A stretch of 63,996 nucleotides of DNA, filler included, from Octopus bimaculoides (GCF_001194135.2; 7 parts of 4 records of this genome joined end to end with filler, not necessarily neighbours in it); one strand, 5' to 3'; shown: positions 51,076-63,770, counted from the first letter of the whole stretch. A program made the numbers and translations. Notes: generated by a model not told the origin, from the letters alone.

Positions 51076-53134
51076 AAATTATCAAACCTGCCTTTTTATT
51101 TTGTAAAGACGGCAGAGTGTTATTTGAGGGAGATTTAGCTGTTACTTATAGCATGTCAAGCGACTGCATATAAGATACCACGTTTGGATCAAGAGAACAA
51201 TGATTTAATTGTGCTCTAATGATATCTTATCTTGTTTCTGTAGTTGTCTAAAACAACAAGGGAGATAACTGCTATAAAATCAATTTTTAAAAAAAATAAG
51301 GCGAAACAGATTGCTCTGGATCTCTTTACAACCACTTGGGGAAAGTTACGGATATATTTCGATCTCATAGATTTTCTTAGTGAAGCATATTCTATTATCT
51401 GCAGTGTATATAAAGTGAAATAGAGGGAATATAGCAACGTTGATCATTACACAAACATCGGAGTGTTAAGCGCTCCTCACGACCGCAGGTCCGTGAGATG
51501 GTTGTAACCTATAAACAATTTTGAGTAGGAGCCAGAAAGAGAAGTATGAATACGCAATGCTCATGTGCACACTGGATTCGTAAAACGGATGAGAAGAATA
51601 AAAACGCAATGTGTATGTCATATCTCACTTTATTTCGCTGTTATAATTATGCAGATAACACCATGTTCCTACACCAGCCATGTTAACCTTTCTCCGCATT
51701 AGTGGAGAGAAATTAAGAAAAGCAGAAAAACGAAAGAATTTTTTTACATTGACAAAGGCAATTCTCGTTTCTATGCAACTACACTGCCACTTACCGCAAA
51801 TGTCAAAGTGACGTCAGAAAATAACCCGAAAATTAAAAGCTATACAAGAAGATGACAATACTATTCTTATGGTTAGAAATAAGAGCTATCATTAAAGATT
51901 CACGGAGAAAAAGACTCGACCGTCCTGTGAACTTCAGAAGCAACTTCTTAATTAATAAATGTATATCAGTTAAAAAGTTCTATAAAATAATATATTTGTT
52001 TATATTTCACGATATTTATAACCTTGTAAACGCATATACTATCCTGTCCTGACAAAATATTGGGCACCTAGCACTTACTGACTGCTGTTCCTGCAGTTTC
52101 TACCTTTTTAGTGAGCCACTCCGGTTTCTTATAATTCTCTGAAAATAGCAGACAAATTTTCACAGACTCCCAGATGCAGAACCTGTGTGTTTTAGTGGGG
52201 GACTCGAAGTGCAATAATTTTAACAACTACAAGCAACCAGAGGATATTAATATATTTTATATTATCAGGTGGGGTGCCACAATTGACACATTAACTCAAA
52301 AAAATGTAATATTCTCAATTCTTTGCCTGTCCATAAACAATTATTCATTAAGATTGCAGCAAGTATTAATGATATACTAACTAAAACTTCATCTGGTGTT
52401 GTCCGTTTGTCGTCCCTGACAACTGAGGATATTGTTCATAAATTGAAAAAATTCAATTCGTTTATTAAATCTGTCAATTGTTGGATTTGTTCCCATTTCC
52501 ACTGCAATTTATGTCACATTAATGACACTTTTGTCATATATGGTATTCTTAAAACAGCTGAACCTGAACTTGAACAACAAATATTAAACAGTTTATGGGT
52601 TTATGGACAGTTTCCTGGCACCAATGTAAACTAAAGACCATAAAAAAGAGGAGCAGGGAAGGTGCAGCATTGAGACATCACGTAAGGTATATGTTTAAAA
52701 AGTTACATGATGGTCTGTATGCCACGCCTGACACCAAAGTATATTAGTTTAACCAACTACTAATTACTTTTCGTGCAGAAATCAAGTATGCGTCGTCCGA
52801 AAGACAGTCACAGAGTATAACAGATTATATGGTAAATGAGTGGTAAGACTTTTAGGTTTTTTCCACGAAAAAGTTTTCACGCAACTTTACTGTAAATTTC
52901 TCGTGAATATTAATATGGCCTAAAGAAAGTGCCTCAGCGTACTAAATTCATAACAGTGCAGAGTCACATTTTCCAGCCTTTTCTATTCGTTTATTTTACT
53001 GCCGATAACTCGCTTGCTTGTTGCTTTTAAATTATGAACACCTCTCCTGTCATCTAACTGAATCAATAATCTCAGCTCATCGAAGATTTTCAACTCGCTA
53101 TATATTTTTTCTTTCTTTCTAATTTTGGCACAAG

Positions 53135-53490
53135 CCAGCAATTTTAGGGAAGGGATAAGATGGTAGCATCGACCCAGTGCTCAACTGGTACTTATTTTAT
53201 CGACGCTGAAAAGACAAATGGTAAAGTCGACTTTGGCGGAATTTGAACTCAGAACGTTATGGAAATAATTTTCCTTTCTTTTTACTATACACAAAAAGTC
53301 TGAAATTTTTTGGGGAAGGGGTTAGTCAGTTTCATCTACCCTAGTACTTGACTGCTACTTATTTTATCCATCCCAAAAGGATAAAAGGAAAAGTTGACAT
53401 GGGCGGGATTTTGAACTCTGAACGTAAAGAGCCGGTAGAAACGCCGCTAAACAGTTTGTCTGATGTGTTAACGATTCAGTCAGCTCGCCA
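53135..53490 (-). mobile_element. Two degenerate SINE family A copies on the minus strand
   Basis: GGTACTTATTTTATCGAC...GGAATTTGAACTCAGAACG, repeated twice. Confidence 0.7.
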
Positions 53491-54002
53491 TATTTTTCTT
53501 TTCAACCCACTGTGTTACATATGTGAGACTCTACACTATGTATATTTAGCACGCAAAACGCTTCCTTGAGTTATATTGTTGGCATTTATGATCAGCGTCT
53601 TTCCATCCCCTCTATTTCCCAATATACTGATCATCTCTAAGTATTGCCGAATAAAATATATTTTGCTAACGAGATGGGATGTAACCAAATCATTTGCGTT
53701 ATTTTCACAAGTTGGTTTTAAAAACAAAATTCATTCCCTTCTTGTTATGACTCAAGCTACTGCTATCTAGCACCTTCGGATGATCTCTACTCAACCGATA
53801 CACGACAGCTACTCAACAGCTCTACCAACTCCTCTAGCACGGCTAGACTACCTCTATTTATATGTCTTGGGCGATCCTACTTCTTCGCTTGGGGGCGTTG
53901 ACACAATACTTCTCATCTTATTTTCCAAGAAATTTCAATGGGTTGATTTTATAAGAGTTATCTCCATTGCTTGTTCATTTTAAATTTTGAATAAAGCTAG
54001 AG

Positions 54003-54271
54003 CAGTGGTTCCCAAAGTGGGCGGTGGAAAGATCTAGGATGGCTTTGAAAAAAAAATGGGGCGATAATGGGGTGACCAAAATGGGGTAATGGATGTAAAA
54101 AAAACAAATAAAACAAAGGGTTCATTAGGTTAAGTTTTATTTGTGAAATACTGTTGTTTTGAACTTGCGGCAAAAAATGGTCTATGTCTGTGATGGTGAG
54201 TGGCGGGAGGTACTAGGAATTTGGCCTTAGAACCAAGGTGGCGGCAGCCTGAAAAAGTTTGGGAACCACTG
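54003..54271. mobile_element. hAT MITE
   Basis: 14-bp TIR CAGTGGTTCCCAAA / TTTGGGAACCACTG. 8-bp TSD AGCTAGAG / AGCTAAAG (7/8 match). Confidence 0.88.
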
Positions 54272-56344
54272 AGCTAAAGGGAAACCCCAAGGTATATGCA
54301 TTTAGTCTACGGAACACTTCCCTGAATTCTTTCCCTTAGCTATACTGTTAATATATATGCCCAAAATAGCTTTTGTATCCTGTATTGACAACTAACGAAA
54401 TTATATTTCATTGATGCCGTTGTTTAGAGTTGTGAGTTGTATTTACTTTTGTTACCTGTTGACTGAGTTAGTTAAGAGCTAAGTATTGTTATTGTTGTTA
54501 AATCCTAGGTTCACCCTTATCGAGCGGGAACTCATCTTCTTGCAAACACGGTGCAGCTAAGATTACATTTTCCTTGGACGAGAAACAGAATCTGAAACAA
54601 CGTAGATGTGAAGCCAGTTTCTTAACCATAATCATGCCTGCTACATGCCTTATTCGAAAATCACCTGGTTAGAATAAAAGAAGGCTTCGTGTAAAATGGA
54701 ATTTCCAAACTGTGGAAATACGTACATCTAGAATATAGTCCAATGTACGATATTCAGTTAAGGTGAATCACCACCTTATAGTTTGATAACAAGCATGTGA
54801 TTTGTCAGTTCTATAGATAGATGGTAGGTGAAACTCAAATGACTCAGACAGCTGCCACATCACACAGATAAGCCGGATTTTGGAGAGAGTTGGCGGCAGG
54901 ACAGGTTTTTTTTTTGTTAGATGATACAACTTGAAATATATATCTCTTGTCCTGTGACTAAAATGATTTGGTGATATTTAGCACAAGAAAAACAACTTAC
55001 AAGAACTCATAAATTGTGCAATATCACTGTGCTTTATGCACACCACAGTGTCTATACAATCCAGATAGCTTAATTAAAACAGTTTGGTTTCTTTGTTAAG
55101 GATATCGTAGCGCCAGTGACAGAACACGTACCAATTTTTTTTAGTTGTGAGACCAGTTTTTTTAAAAATTACCTCAGTTACTTGAGACTCTCTTCTAGAA
55201 TTCACTAAGATTATTTAGTATTATTTATAATTAAAATCTGAGTAGATGGGGTATTGGATAAACGTTTGAGATATCAATGATTCATTGTTATGCCCATGAC
55301 CAAGAAAGGTGTCAAATGGACCAGTTTACCTATCTGTTAATAGGTACATAAGACAGGAACAACATGTCAATGTCAGAAGAGGTAACATGATAAAACTGAA
55401 AAATATTTCGCTATTTTACGAATATAACACGGAGAAGTATTGTTGATATAAGATATACACCTACTTATGCATTTAGCGCTTATATGAATATATTTCTTAT
55501 ACACATATTTTTTTTATGTACAAGAATAAGATGCATTTTTATGATTCACTAAACTTAGAATAGTAATCATTAATATGATAACCTCGACTAGGTAGAGGTG
55601 TTGACATGCGATAGATAGATAAGGCAAGTTCATCTATATACTGAATACCAATTTCAAGGTAGGAAGAAACTTCAAGTGCAAGATCAAGCACATGAAATAA
55701 AATTAAGCCGCTTACTGAGTACAATTTCAGTAGTGAGAATTCAAGCTCTTTAGAGAACTTCAATTAATAAACTCAAGAGAGCATTTGAATTGAGATAGCT
55801 TGAAGAACTAGGTCAGCAGTTCTGATAAACTGGCAATCCCAGAATCCTCGTCAAACAGTAGTAAAATTTTTGCCTTTCTTTTAATTAAGAAGACAAAATA
55901 AAGTGTACATCCATAAGATTCGTCCTTCTTCGTCATGATGTGGAACAAGAGGTCATTTGATTTTATTGAACATGACAATTCGTTCGACTTCATTGCGATC
56001 CTCATAAACCACTCTTCTAATGTTTTAAGCAGCAACTGTACTCTTTTTAATTAAGAGCTTGGAAGAGATGAGGACGATTCTACAGAATATACAGAATATA
56101 CAGAATATTCAAATAGAGATGAACAGATTTTACATCATATAAGAAAGATGTCAAGGTATTTACGACAATCAAGCACATGTTCAAAATAGGAAAGAAGACA
56201 CGGGTAATGCTTGTTTAATCGCTTTTGTCCTGTTAATATTTATCTATTAATCTTGTTTTATTCCATCAGCTGACACTTCTTAAATATAAAATGTGCATAG
56301 TATTTCATGAAAATATATCAAATTTGTCTTCTTTTTGTTTCAGA

Positions 56345-57444
56345 CTAAATGAATTCCGATTTATGAATTAGATAATGACTATAAACCGAAATATAAGCAT
56401 AACCCTCCACAAAGGAGGTGAAAGTCATACAGCTATAGCAAAAAAGCTGAAAATTAACCAAACAATAGTCTGGAAAATTGTCAAGAAATTTCAGGAGACT
56501 AGTTCCACCGCTGATCGACCTGGATGTGGCCGAAAAAGAAGTGTGCAGACCTCTTAGCTTATCAAAAGTATCAGAGAAAAGATACCGCAAAATCCACGTC
56601 GTCGCGCCAGAAAACTGGCTGCCACAGCGAAAATAAACCGAACATCGATGTATCGTGTGCTGAAGGAGGATCTCAGAACCCACCCTTACAAGATGAGTTC
56701 ACGCAAGTTATAAGGCCATGAGACTAGAGATAAGTCACCTTATCCTGCGTTAGATTGCTGAAGGCACGCTTCTCAACTTAGTGTTCACTGATGAGCAAAC
56801 AGTAAACCATCAGAATGACCGACTTTGGAGTGTGTCTGGCTCTGTCGAAGGTAGACCCGTAAATCGACGTCAAAATCCAGTCAGTTATGGTTTGGGCTGT
56901 GACAGCCATTAGAAGGTCTCACCATGTTTTTTTTTGCCCTCGGATGTTAAAATTAACACTCAGTGATACATTAGCGACATTCTGGAAGCTCAAATGTTTC
57001 CATGGGTGAATGAGCACTTTCAAGGAGCACCTTGGAGCCCCCAACAGGACTTGACACCATCCCACACCTCCAAACAGACAACACTGGATTCAGAAAAACA
57101 TTCCGTCGTTCATAGACAAAGTTGTATGCCCCTCAAGAAGCCCTTATCTCAACCCGTTCAATTTTTCCGTTTGGTCCATTTTTGAGACGAGGGTCTCAAG
57201 CACTCATTCTTCGCTCGACGCTCTTGAAGGCAAAACTGCGCCAGGAATGGGCTTCGATTCCGCAAGAAGAGCTGCGTGCCGCCTGTGAAGCATTCGCACC
57301 TACACTTAAGACTGTGATTCGAAACAGAGGTAATCATAGCGAATAAACGTGGTAGTGTCATAATTGTGTTTCCTTTATCAGTGCATTACAAAGTTCGGAC
57401 CCGAAATATAACAAAGTTGGTTGCCTTAATTTTGGGACAACCGG
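56345..57444 (+). mobile_element. Decayed Tc1/mariner (maT/DD37D-like) element
   Basis: HTH region TAIAKKLKINQTIVWKIVKKFQETSSTADRPGCGRKRSV, then VFTDE, NHQNDRLW, QQDLTPSHTSK, SPYLNP and QEWASIPQEELRAACEAF. Right end ...TTTTGGGACAACCGG followed by TA at 57445-57446. Left TIR not found. Confidence 0.85.
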
Positions 57445-57884
57445 TATGTTTATATATATATATATNNNNNNNNNNNNNNNNNNNNNNNNNNNNNNNNNNN
57501 NNNNNNNNNNNNNNNNNNNNNNNNNNNNNNNNNNNNNNNNNNNNNNNNNNNNNNNNNNNNNNNNNNNNNNNNNNNNNNNNNNNNNNNNNNNNNNNNNNNN
57601 NNNNNNNNNNNNNNNNNNNNNNNNNNNNNNNNGTGATGTACAGAATTAAATATTGAAAAAAAAAGTCAGAATTTTGGAAAAAACTTCTTTCATTTATTTT
57701 ATACTTTCATTTCGATATTAGCACTTTCGTTCGTCTTTCGACCTTGTCAAATATAATTCTGTGAAAATACAGAAATCTTGCTTATTTATATAAAACATGT
57801 ATTTTTTTATCTTGTTTATAAGAGAACATTGTTTTTGTTTCGTTTTTGGGGTGAGGCTTTGGGGACAATGGAAGATGGATAAGC

Positions 57885-57927
<43 letters not shown>

Positions 57928-58077
57928 TAGATAAATAGATAGACAGATTGATAGTCAGACAGATAGAAAGATGGATAGGGTAAAAGAGAGGGAGAGAGGC
58001 TATTAATTTTCCTATCCATCACTCTCATTGTATCGAAATGGTCTTTTTAAGGATTGTCAAATATATATATATATATA

Positions 58078-58325
58078 TATCTGTAAAACTATGTGATACT
58101 TATTCGGTAGCCATGATAAACCCCCAAGTTTCGGATGCAGGGCTGGGAACCCACGCCAACAAGAATTTTCAATGGCCGGATAACTGAAGAGATGTTGGCG
58201 TGGGTTCCCACTCCGGCATCCAAAACTCGGAGTTTTATCATGGCTACCGAATAAGTGTCACATATCTTTACAGATAAATTCCTCTATTTACATAATATCG
58301 AGGTCTCTTTCTTTCTTTTGTTGTC
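58078..58325. mobile_element. Foldback element (about 84-bp inverted arms) of PLE-pLTR type with a degenerate hammerhead
   Basis: 58078-58161 is the reverse complement of 58194-58276. The + strand reads GATAA-CTGAAGA-GATG...CATC-C-(A)AAA-CTCGGAG-T-T-TTATC at 58179-58239. The left arm retains GAAA where the right arm has AAAA. Confidence 0.65.
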
Positions 58326-58425
58326 NNNNNNNNNNNNNNNNNNNNNNNNNNNNNNNNNNNNNNNNNNNNTTAATTAATTAANNNNNNNNNNNNNNNNNNN
58401 NNNNNNNNNNNNNNNNNNNNNNNNN

Positions 58426-58831
58426 GATTTCGTTTAACCAAAGCATTCAATTCATCATGCCGAATAACTGATTTTGGTCTCCTTCTTGGTTCGTTTTTAA
58501 AGCTTTCATTTCCTGAACGAAATCTTTGAAACCATCTCCGAACAGTTCTAATGTCAACAGAATCGTTACCAAAAGCCCGCTTGATGTTTCGTAGAGTTTC
58601 GGTGGCAGAGTGACCCAACTTGTATTCATACAAGAAAATCACTCGGTATTGTTCAGTTGTCAACATTGTCATAAAAGCTGTGGGTGGCAATTTTGAATAA
58701 TAGTATTTTCTAGAAAGAAAAAGAGTTAAGAGTAAACACAAGCATATGCATAGAAACTCATTAAAAATTCCATTTATAGATGACTAATAAGAAACCCATT
58801 TAAAATATATTTCATGTGAGACAACCTAATA
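58426..58831 (-). mobile_element. 5' end of the same mariner (TIR plus N-terminus), apparently a misplaced contig
   Basis: TA-TTAGGTTGTCTCACATGAAATATATTTTA terminus at 58801-58831. 58426-58707 reads identical to 59690-59971. Confidence 0.85.
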
Positions 58832-58908
58832 TAATATATATGCACACACATTATATGCATATATGCAGGTATATATATATGTATGTATGTATGTATGNNN
58901 NNNNNNNT

Positions 58909-59971
58909 TGTTTTTTAAGTTTTAGAATATTTATTTATTTAATCAAAATATGATCCTCTAAGGTATATATTCCATCTTCAAAGAATTTGTCATCTTTTAC
59001 CCTGATAAACTGTTCGAATCCTTCAATTACCACTTCTTTATTTAAGAATGTTTTGTTGCGTATACCAAGGTCGAAGTGTTTAAATATGTGATAATCAATA
59101 GGAGAGATATCAGGAGAATAAGGAGGATGTACCAAAATTTCATAATTCAGGCTTTGCAACTTGTGGACTGTAGCTTGAGAAGTGTGTGGCTGTGCATTAG
59201 CATAAAGCAAAACTGGGCCATCTCTATTCCCTAATCTGGGTTGCTTCTTTTTTAATTTTTCATGCATACAATCAATTTCCTGACAATAAGATGTTGCTGT
59301 TGCAGTTTTTCCTTGTTGCAGAAACGAATAATGAATAACCACCTTTATTGACCATCATACATTGACCATCAACTTTTTAGGGTGCAATGATGGTTTTGGA
59401 TAGTGTTTTCGTGACTTTCCTGCATCTAACCACTGTCCTGTCCACCTGCTGTTATCAAAGAGTATCCATTTCTCATTACACGTAATGAGTCGATACAAAC
59501 AAGGTTTTCTTTCCAACTGAGAAATCAACATGGAACACACTGTAAGGCGTCTGTTTCTTTGAATCTCATTAAGTTGATGGGGAACAAACCTATCCATCTT
59601 TTCGACTTATCCAATTTCCTTCAGGTGTCGACAAGCAGTTGCAGGAGATATCTGGAGCTATGATCCGATTTTTCGGACCGCTGTTCTCGGATTTCGTTTA
59701 ACCAAAGCATTCAATTCATCATGCCGAATAACTGATTTTGGTCTCCTTCTTGGTTCGTTTTTAAAGCTTTCATTTCCTGAACGAAATCTTTGAAACCATC
59801 TCCGAACAGTTCTAATGTCAACAGAATCGTTACCAAAAGCCCGCTTGATGTTTCGTAGAGTTTCGGTGGCAGAGTGACCCAACTTGTATTCATACAAGAA
59901 AATCACTCGGTATTGTTCAGTTGTCAACATTGTCATAAAAGCTGTGGGTGGCAATTTTGAATAATAGTATT
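58909..59971 (-). mobile_element. Decayed mariner (DD34D) transposase
   Basis: FLYEYKLGHSATET...TVRRWFQRFRSG, WILFDN, HPKKLMVNV, LLYANAQPH (second catalytic D mutated to A) and HPPYSPDISPIDY with 34-residue spacing. Broken into three frames. Confidence 0.92.
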
Positions 59972-60145
59972 NNNNNNNNNNNNNNNNNNNNNNNNNNNNN
60001 NNNNNNNNNNNNNNNNNNNNNNNNNNNNNNNNNNNNNNNNNNNNNNNNNNNNNNNNNNNNNNNNNNNNNNNNNNNNNNNNNNNNNNNNNNNNNNNNNNNN
60101 NNNNNNNNNNNNNNNNNNNNNNNNNNNNNNNNNNNNNNNNNGGTA

Positions 60146-60180
<35 letters not shown>

Positions 60181-61020
60181 GTGTATAGATATTTTTATAT
60201 TTGTGTATGTGAGTGTGTGCAATATATGTGTGTGTCTGTGTATGTGTGTGAGTATACTACAAGCATATAAATATATATACGTCTATATACGCATTTAGAA
60301 TGAAGTTGTGCATATGTGTGCGTGTGTGTGTATGTATATGCATTCATACACACACACACATGTGTGTGTACGTATATATATGCATGTATGTATGTATCTA
60401 TGTATATATGTATGTGTGTGTATGTATGTGTGTATATCTGTATGCACATACATCAATGTTTCTTATAAGCACATATTAATATACTTATGTAGTATACAGG
60501 TGTATGAGTGAGTGTATAAGTATGTGTGATCACACCTGACTATAATTAGAAAAAGATAAGTTAATGCCATAGTACTACCTACCATTGCTAGTACCACCAC
60601 AACCACAACCAACACCACCACCAACAACAAAAACACCAACGCCACCATAAACAGAAAATACCCCAAAGCTACACCATATGTCTTAGAATGACATTCTTTA
60701 CATAAGTAGCAATATACTTCATTCCTTCTTCGTTAGAAATTCGTTAGGTGGATCTCTACTCCACGCCACTCGAACCAACCACTCATTCTATTAATCATCT
60801 TCGTTGCTGAACACTTCACTTTACAGCATTCTGTTTATTTGCTTGTTTTTTCTTATTTTGTTTCGTAATATCAACTTTAATAACCCTTGTGGCAGATATA
60901 AGCATCATCATATGTATTTCCGTAAATGTTTCTAAATATGTGTGTGTGAAAGAGAGAGAGAGAGAAAAAAATGTATGCATCTTTCATACTTTGTATATGC
61001 CACAGGAGCAATCATACGAT

Positions 61021-61063
<43 letters not shown>

Positions 61064-61782
61064 NNNNNNNNNNNNNNNNNNNNNNNNNNNNNNNNNNNNN
61101 NNNNNNNNNNNNNNNNNNNNNNNNNNNNNNNNNNNNNNNNNNNNNNNNNNNNNNNNNNNNNNNNNNNNNNNNNNNNNNNNNNNNNNNNNNNNNNNNNNNN
61201 NNNNNNNNNNNNNNNNNNNNNNNNNNNNNNNNNNNNNNNNNNNNNNNNNNNNNNNNNNNNNNNNNNNNNNNNNNNNNNNNNNNNNNNNNNNNNNNNNNNN
61301 NNNNNNNNNNNNNNNNNNNNNNNNNNNNNNNNNNNNNNNNNNNNNNNNNNNNNNNNNNNNNNNNNNNNNNNNNNNNNNNNNNNNNNNNNNNNNNNNNNNN
61401 NNNNNNNNNNNNNNNNNNNNNNNNNNNNNNNNNNNNNNNNNNNNNNNNNNNNNNNNNNNNNNNNNNNNNNNNNNNNNNNNNNNNNNNNNNNNNNNNNNNN
61501 NNNNNNNNNNNNNNNNNNNNNNNNNNNNNNNNNNNNNNNNNNNNNNNNNNNNNNNNNNNNNNNNNNNNNNNNNNNNNNNNNNNNNNNNNNNNNNNNNNNN
61601 NNNNNNNNNNNNNNNNNNNNNNNNNNNNNNNNNNNNNNNNNNNNNNNNNNNNNNNNNNNNNNNNNNNNNNNNNNNNNNNNNNNNNNNNNNNNNNNNNNNN
61701 NNNNNNNNNNNNNNNNNNNNNNNNNNNNNNNNNNNNNNNNNNNNNNNNNNNNNNNNNNNATATATATATATATATATATAAA

Positions 61783-61975
61783 CATTTTGTATTCTTTTAT
61801 TTGTTTCAGTCATTTGACTGCGACCATACTGGAGCACCGCCTTTAGTCGAACAAACCAACCCCAAGACTTATTCTTTGTAAGCCTAGTACTTATTCTATC
61901 GGTCTCATTTTACCGAACCGCTAAGTTATGGGGACGCAAACACACCAATATCGGTTGCCAGGTGATGGTGATAAT
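61783..61975 (-). mobile_element. SINE family B 3' half (further fragments at 4320-4455, 9352-9510, 40165-40215 and 42592-42745)
   Basis: CAGTCATTTGACTGCGACCATACTGGAGCACCGCCTTTAGTCGA is the reverse complement of the family B tail. Confidence 0.8.
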
Positions 61976-62499
61976 TTGCAAGGATTCACAAGCACCGCCC
62001 ATTAATCCAGCAGAACTTTTTCAATGGTGTAGAATGGTGTAGAATATACTGGAGCCTAAACAAGAATTCAATCTCAAAAGCATTAATGAAAATGCCAAAC
62101 GACGTACGCATGTAGAATTAATGGACTCTCTTAGGGTCCATGGTTATTATAAATATTATAAAATAATATTTTATAACATCCTATGGATATTGTGAAGAAG
62201 ACGCATAAAAATATGTCATGACAAAAAGTATATAGTTATGCATTAATAAAAAAATATAGAATTATCCATCCATAAAAATACATTTTATTAATATATTTAC
62301 CCTACGCTACACGGAGTACTGCATACATAACAATTCTATACAGTTACCGCGACAGAATGGGAATAATACACCGTGGCCAGGAACAAGTAGCATAGGAACT
62401 TTTTTAATTGTACTAGAAGACATTCTCCGCATACAAACTACAAGAACATACGTGTGTATGTGTTTGTGTGCGTGTGTGTGTGTGTGTGTGTGTGCGTGC

Positions 62500-62711
62500 G
62501 AAGGTGCATGGCTTACTGGTTATGATAAGATCATGAGTTCGATTCTTGGTGACGCGTTGTGTCTTTGAGCAAGATACTTTATTTCACGTTGCTCCAGTCC
62601 ACTTAGCTGGCAAAAATGAGTAGTACCTGTAATTCAGAGGCCCAGTCTTGTCACATTCTGTGTCACGCTGAATCTCTCTGAGAACTACGTTAAGGGTACG
62701 CGCGCCTTTTG
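62500..62711 (+). mobile_element. SINE related to family C with a different central domain
   Basis: tRNA-like head (GAGTTCGATTC), GTGTCTTTGAGCAAGATAC, then 62622-62706 aligns to the family C 3' region. Confidence 0.65.
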
Positions 62712-62811
62712 NNNNNNNNNNNNNNNNNNNNNNNNNNNNNNNNNNNNNNNNNNNNTTAATTAATTAANNNNNNNNNNNNNNNNNNNNNNNNNNNNNNNNN
62801 NNNNNNNNNNN

Positions 62812-62880
<69 letters not shown>

Positions 62881-63354
62881 AAGATAAATATAGATATAGA
62901 TATTCATGAACATATCTATTTATGCAGATACATAGACACATATAAATTAGATTGGTCGATAGATACCCAGAAAAAAAGCATGAAATATGGACATATAATA
63001 CAGAGACATACATACATACATACATGCGTGGTGACCGAGTAAGACCACTTCGTAGACGTATTTCACAGATACGCTTCACTTCGTCTCCCCATCGCCAATC
63101 ACGTTTCATTTGGCTCCTATGTCTTGCAATGAACTTTCAAGTCGTTCCACGCTGACCACAAGTCAGGCTTCCAGCAGCAATTCGACCATCGCGATGTTGG
63201 GACCTGCAATGCTGACCGAGTCCATTGGTCAACCCGCAAGGTCTTCTGTACATAGGTGCACCAGGGATTATAGTGTATATAACATTGCTAGGCTTGCCTT
63301 TGAGATGCAGACATCGCCTCGTGTATACATACATACATACATACATACATACAT

Positions 63355-63770
63355 ACCGATCTTGAGAAATTAGGCTTCTCAAAACCAGAAAGGAGAGAGC
63401 TAATTCGAAGACTATAGATTCAATCTATCACTGGAGCTGTAAAAATCTGTAAAACATTCCAGAATTTTGTCATTTAAATATATATGAGCATGTCTAGATA
63501 TGTAGCTATATGCATGAGAATACATACATGAAACAAAACATGCATACATAGCCTTGGATCTGGGTTAGAAACCAGTTCTTTTTCTATTGGCAAGAAATCT
63601 TGAAATAAACTGAATAACATACATACATACATACATACATACAAACAAAGAAAAATACCCTGTTGTTGATGTTGAAATTCCAATGAAGAAGCCCTGGATC
63701 TTGGTTAGAAACAGGTTCTTTCTCTATTGGTAAGAAATCTTGGAATATAACTCAATAATGACATACATGC
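63355..63770 (+). mobile_element. 5'-truncated LINE 3' end (probably RLE-type) embedded in (CATA)n, with a duplicated 3' UTR module
   Basis: 63361-63477 encodes LEKLGFSKPERRELIRRL*IQSITGAVKICKTFQNFVI*. An ~70-bp module CCTTGGATCT...GAATAA occurs at ~63552 and ~63692, each followed by CATACATAC. Confidence 0.55.

Noticed and set aside
52323-52634. 103-aa ORF with a CWIC...HCNLC pattern as an upstream FOG exon
   Set aside because: It is on the opposite strand to FOG, has no recognisable domain and no convincing splice sites.
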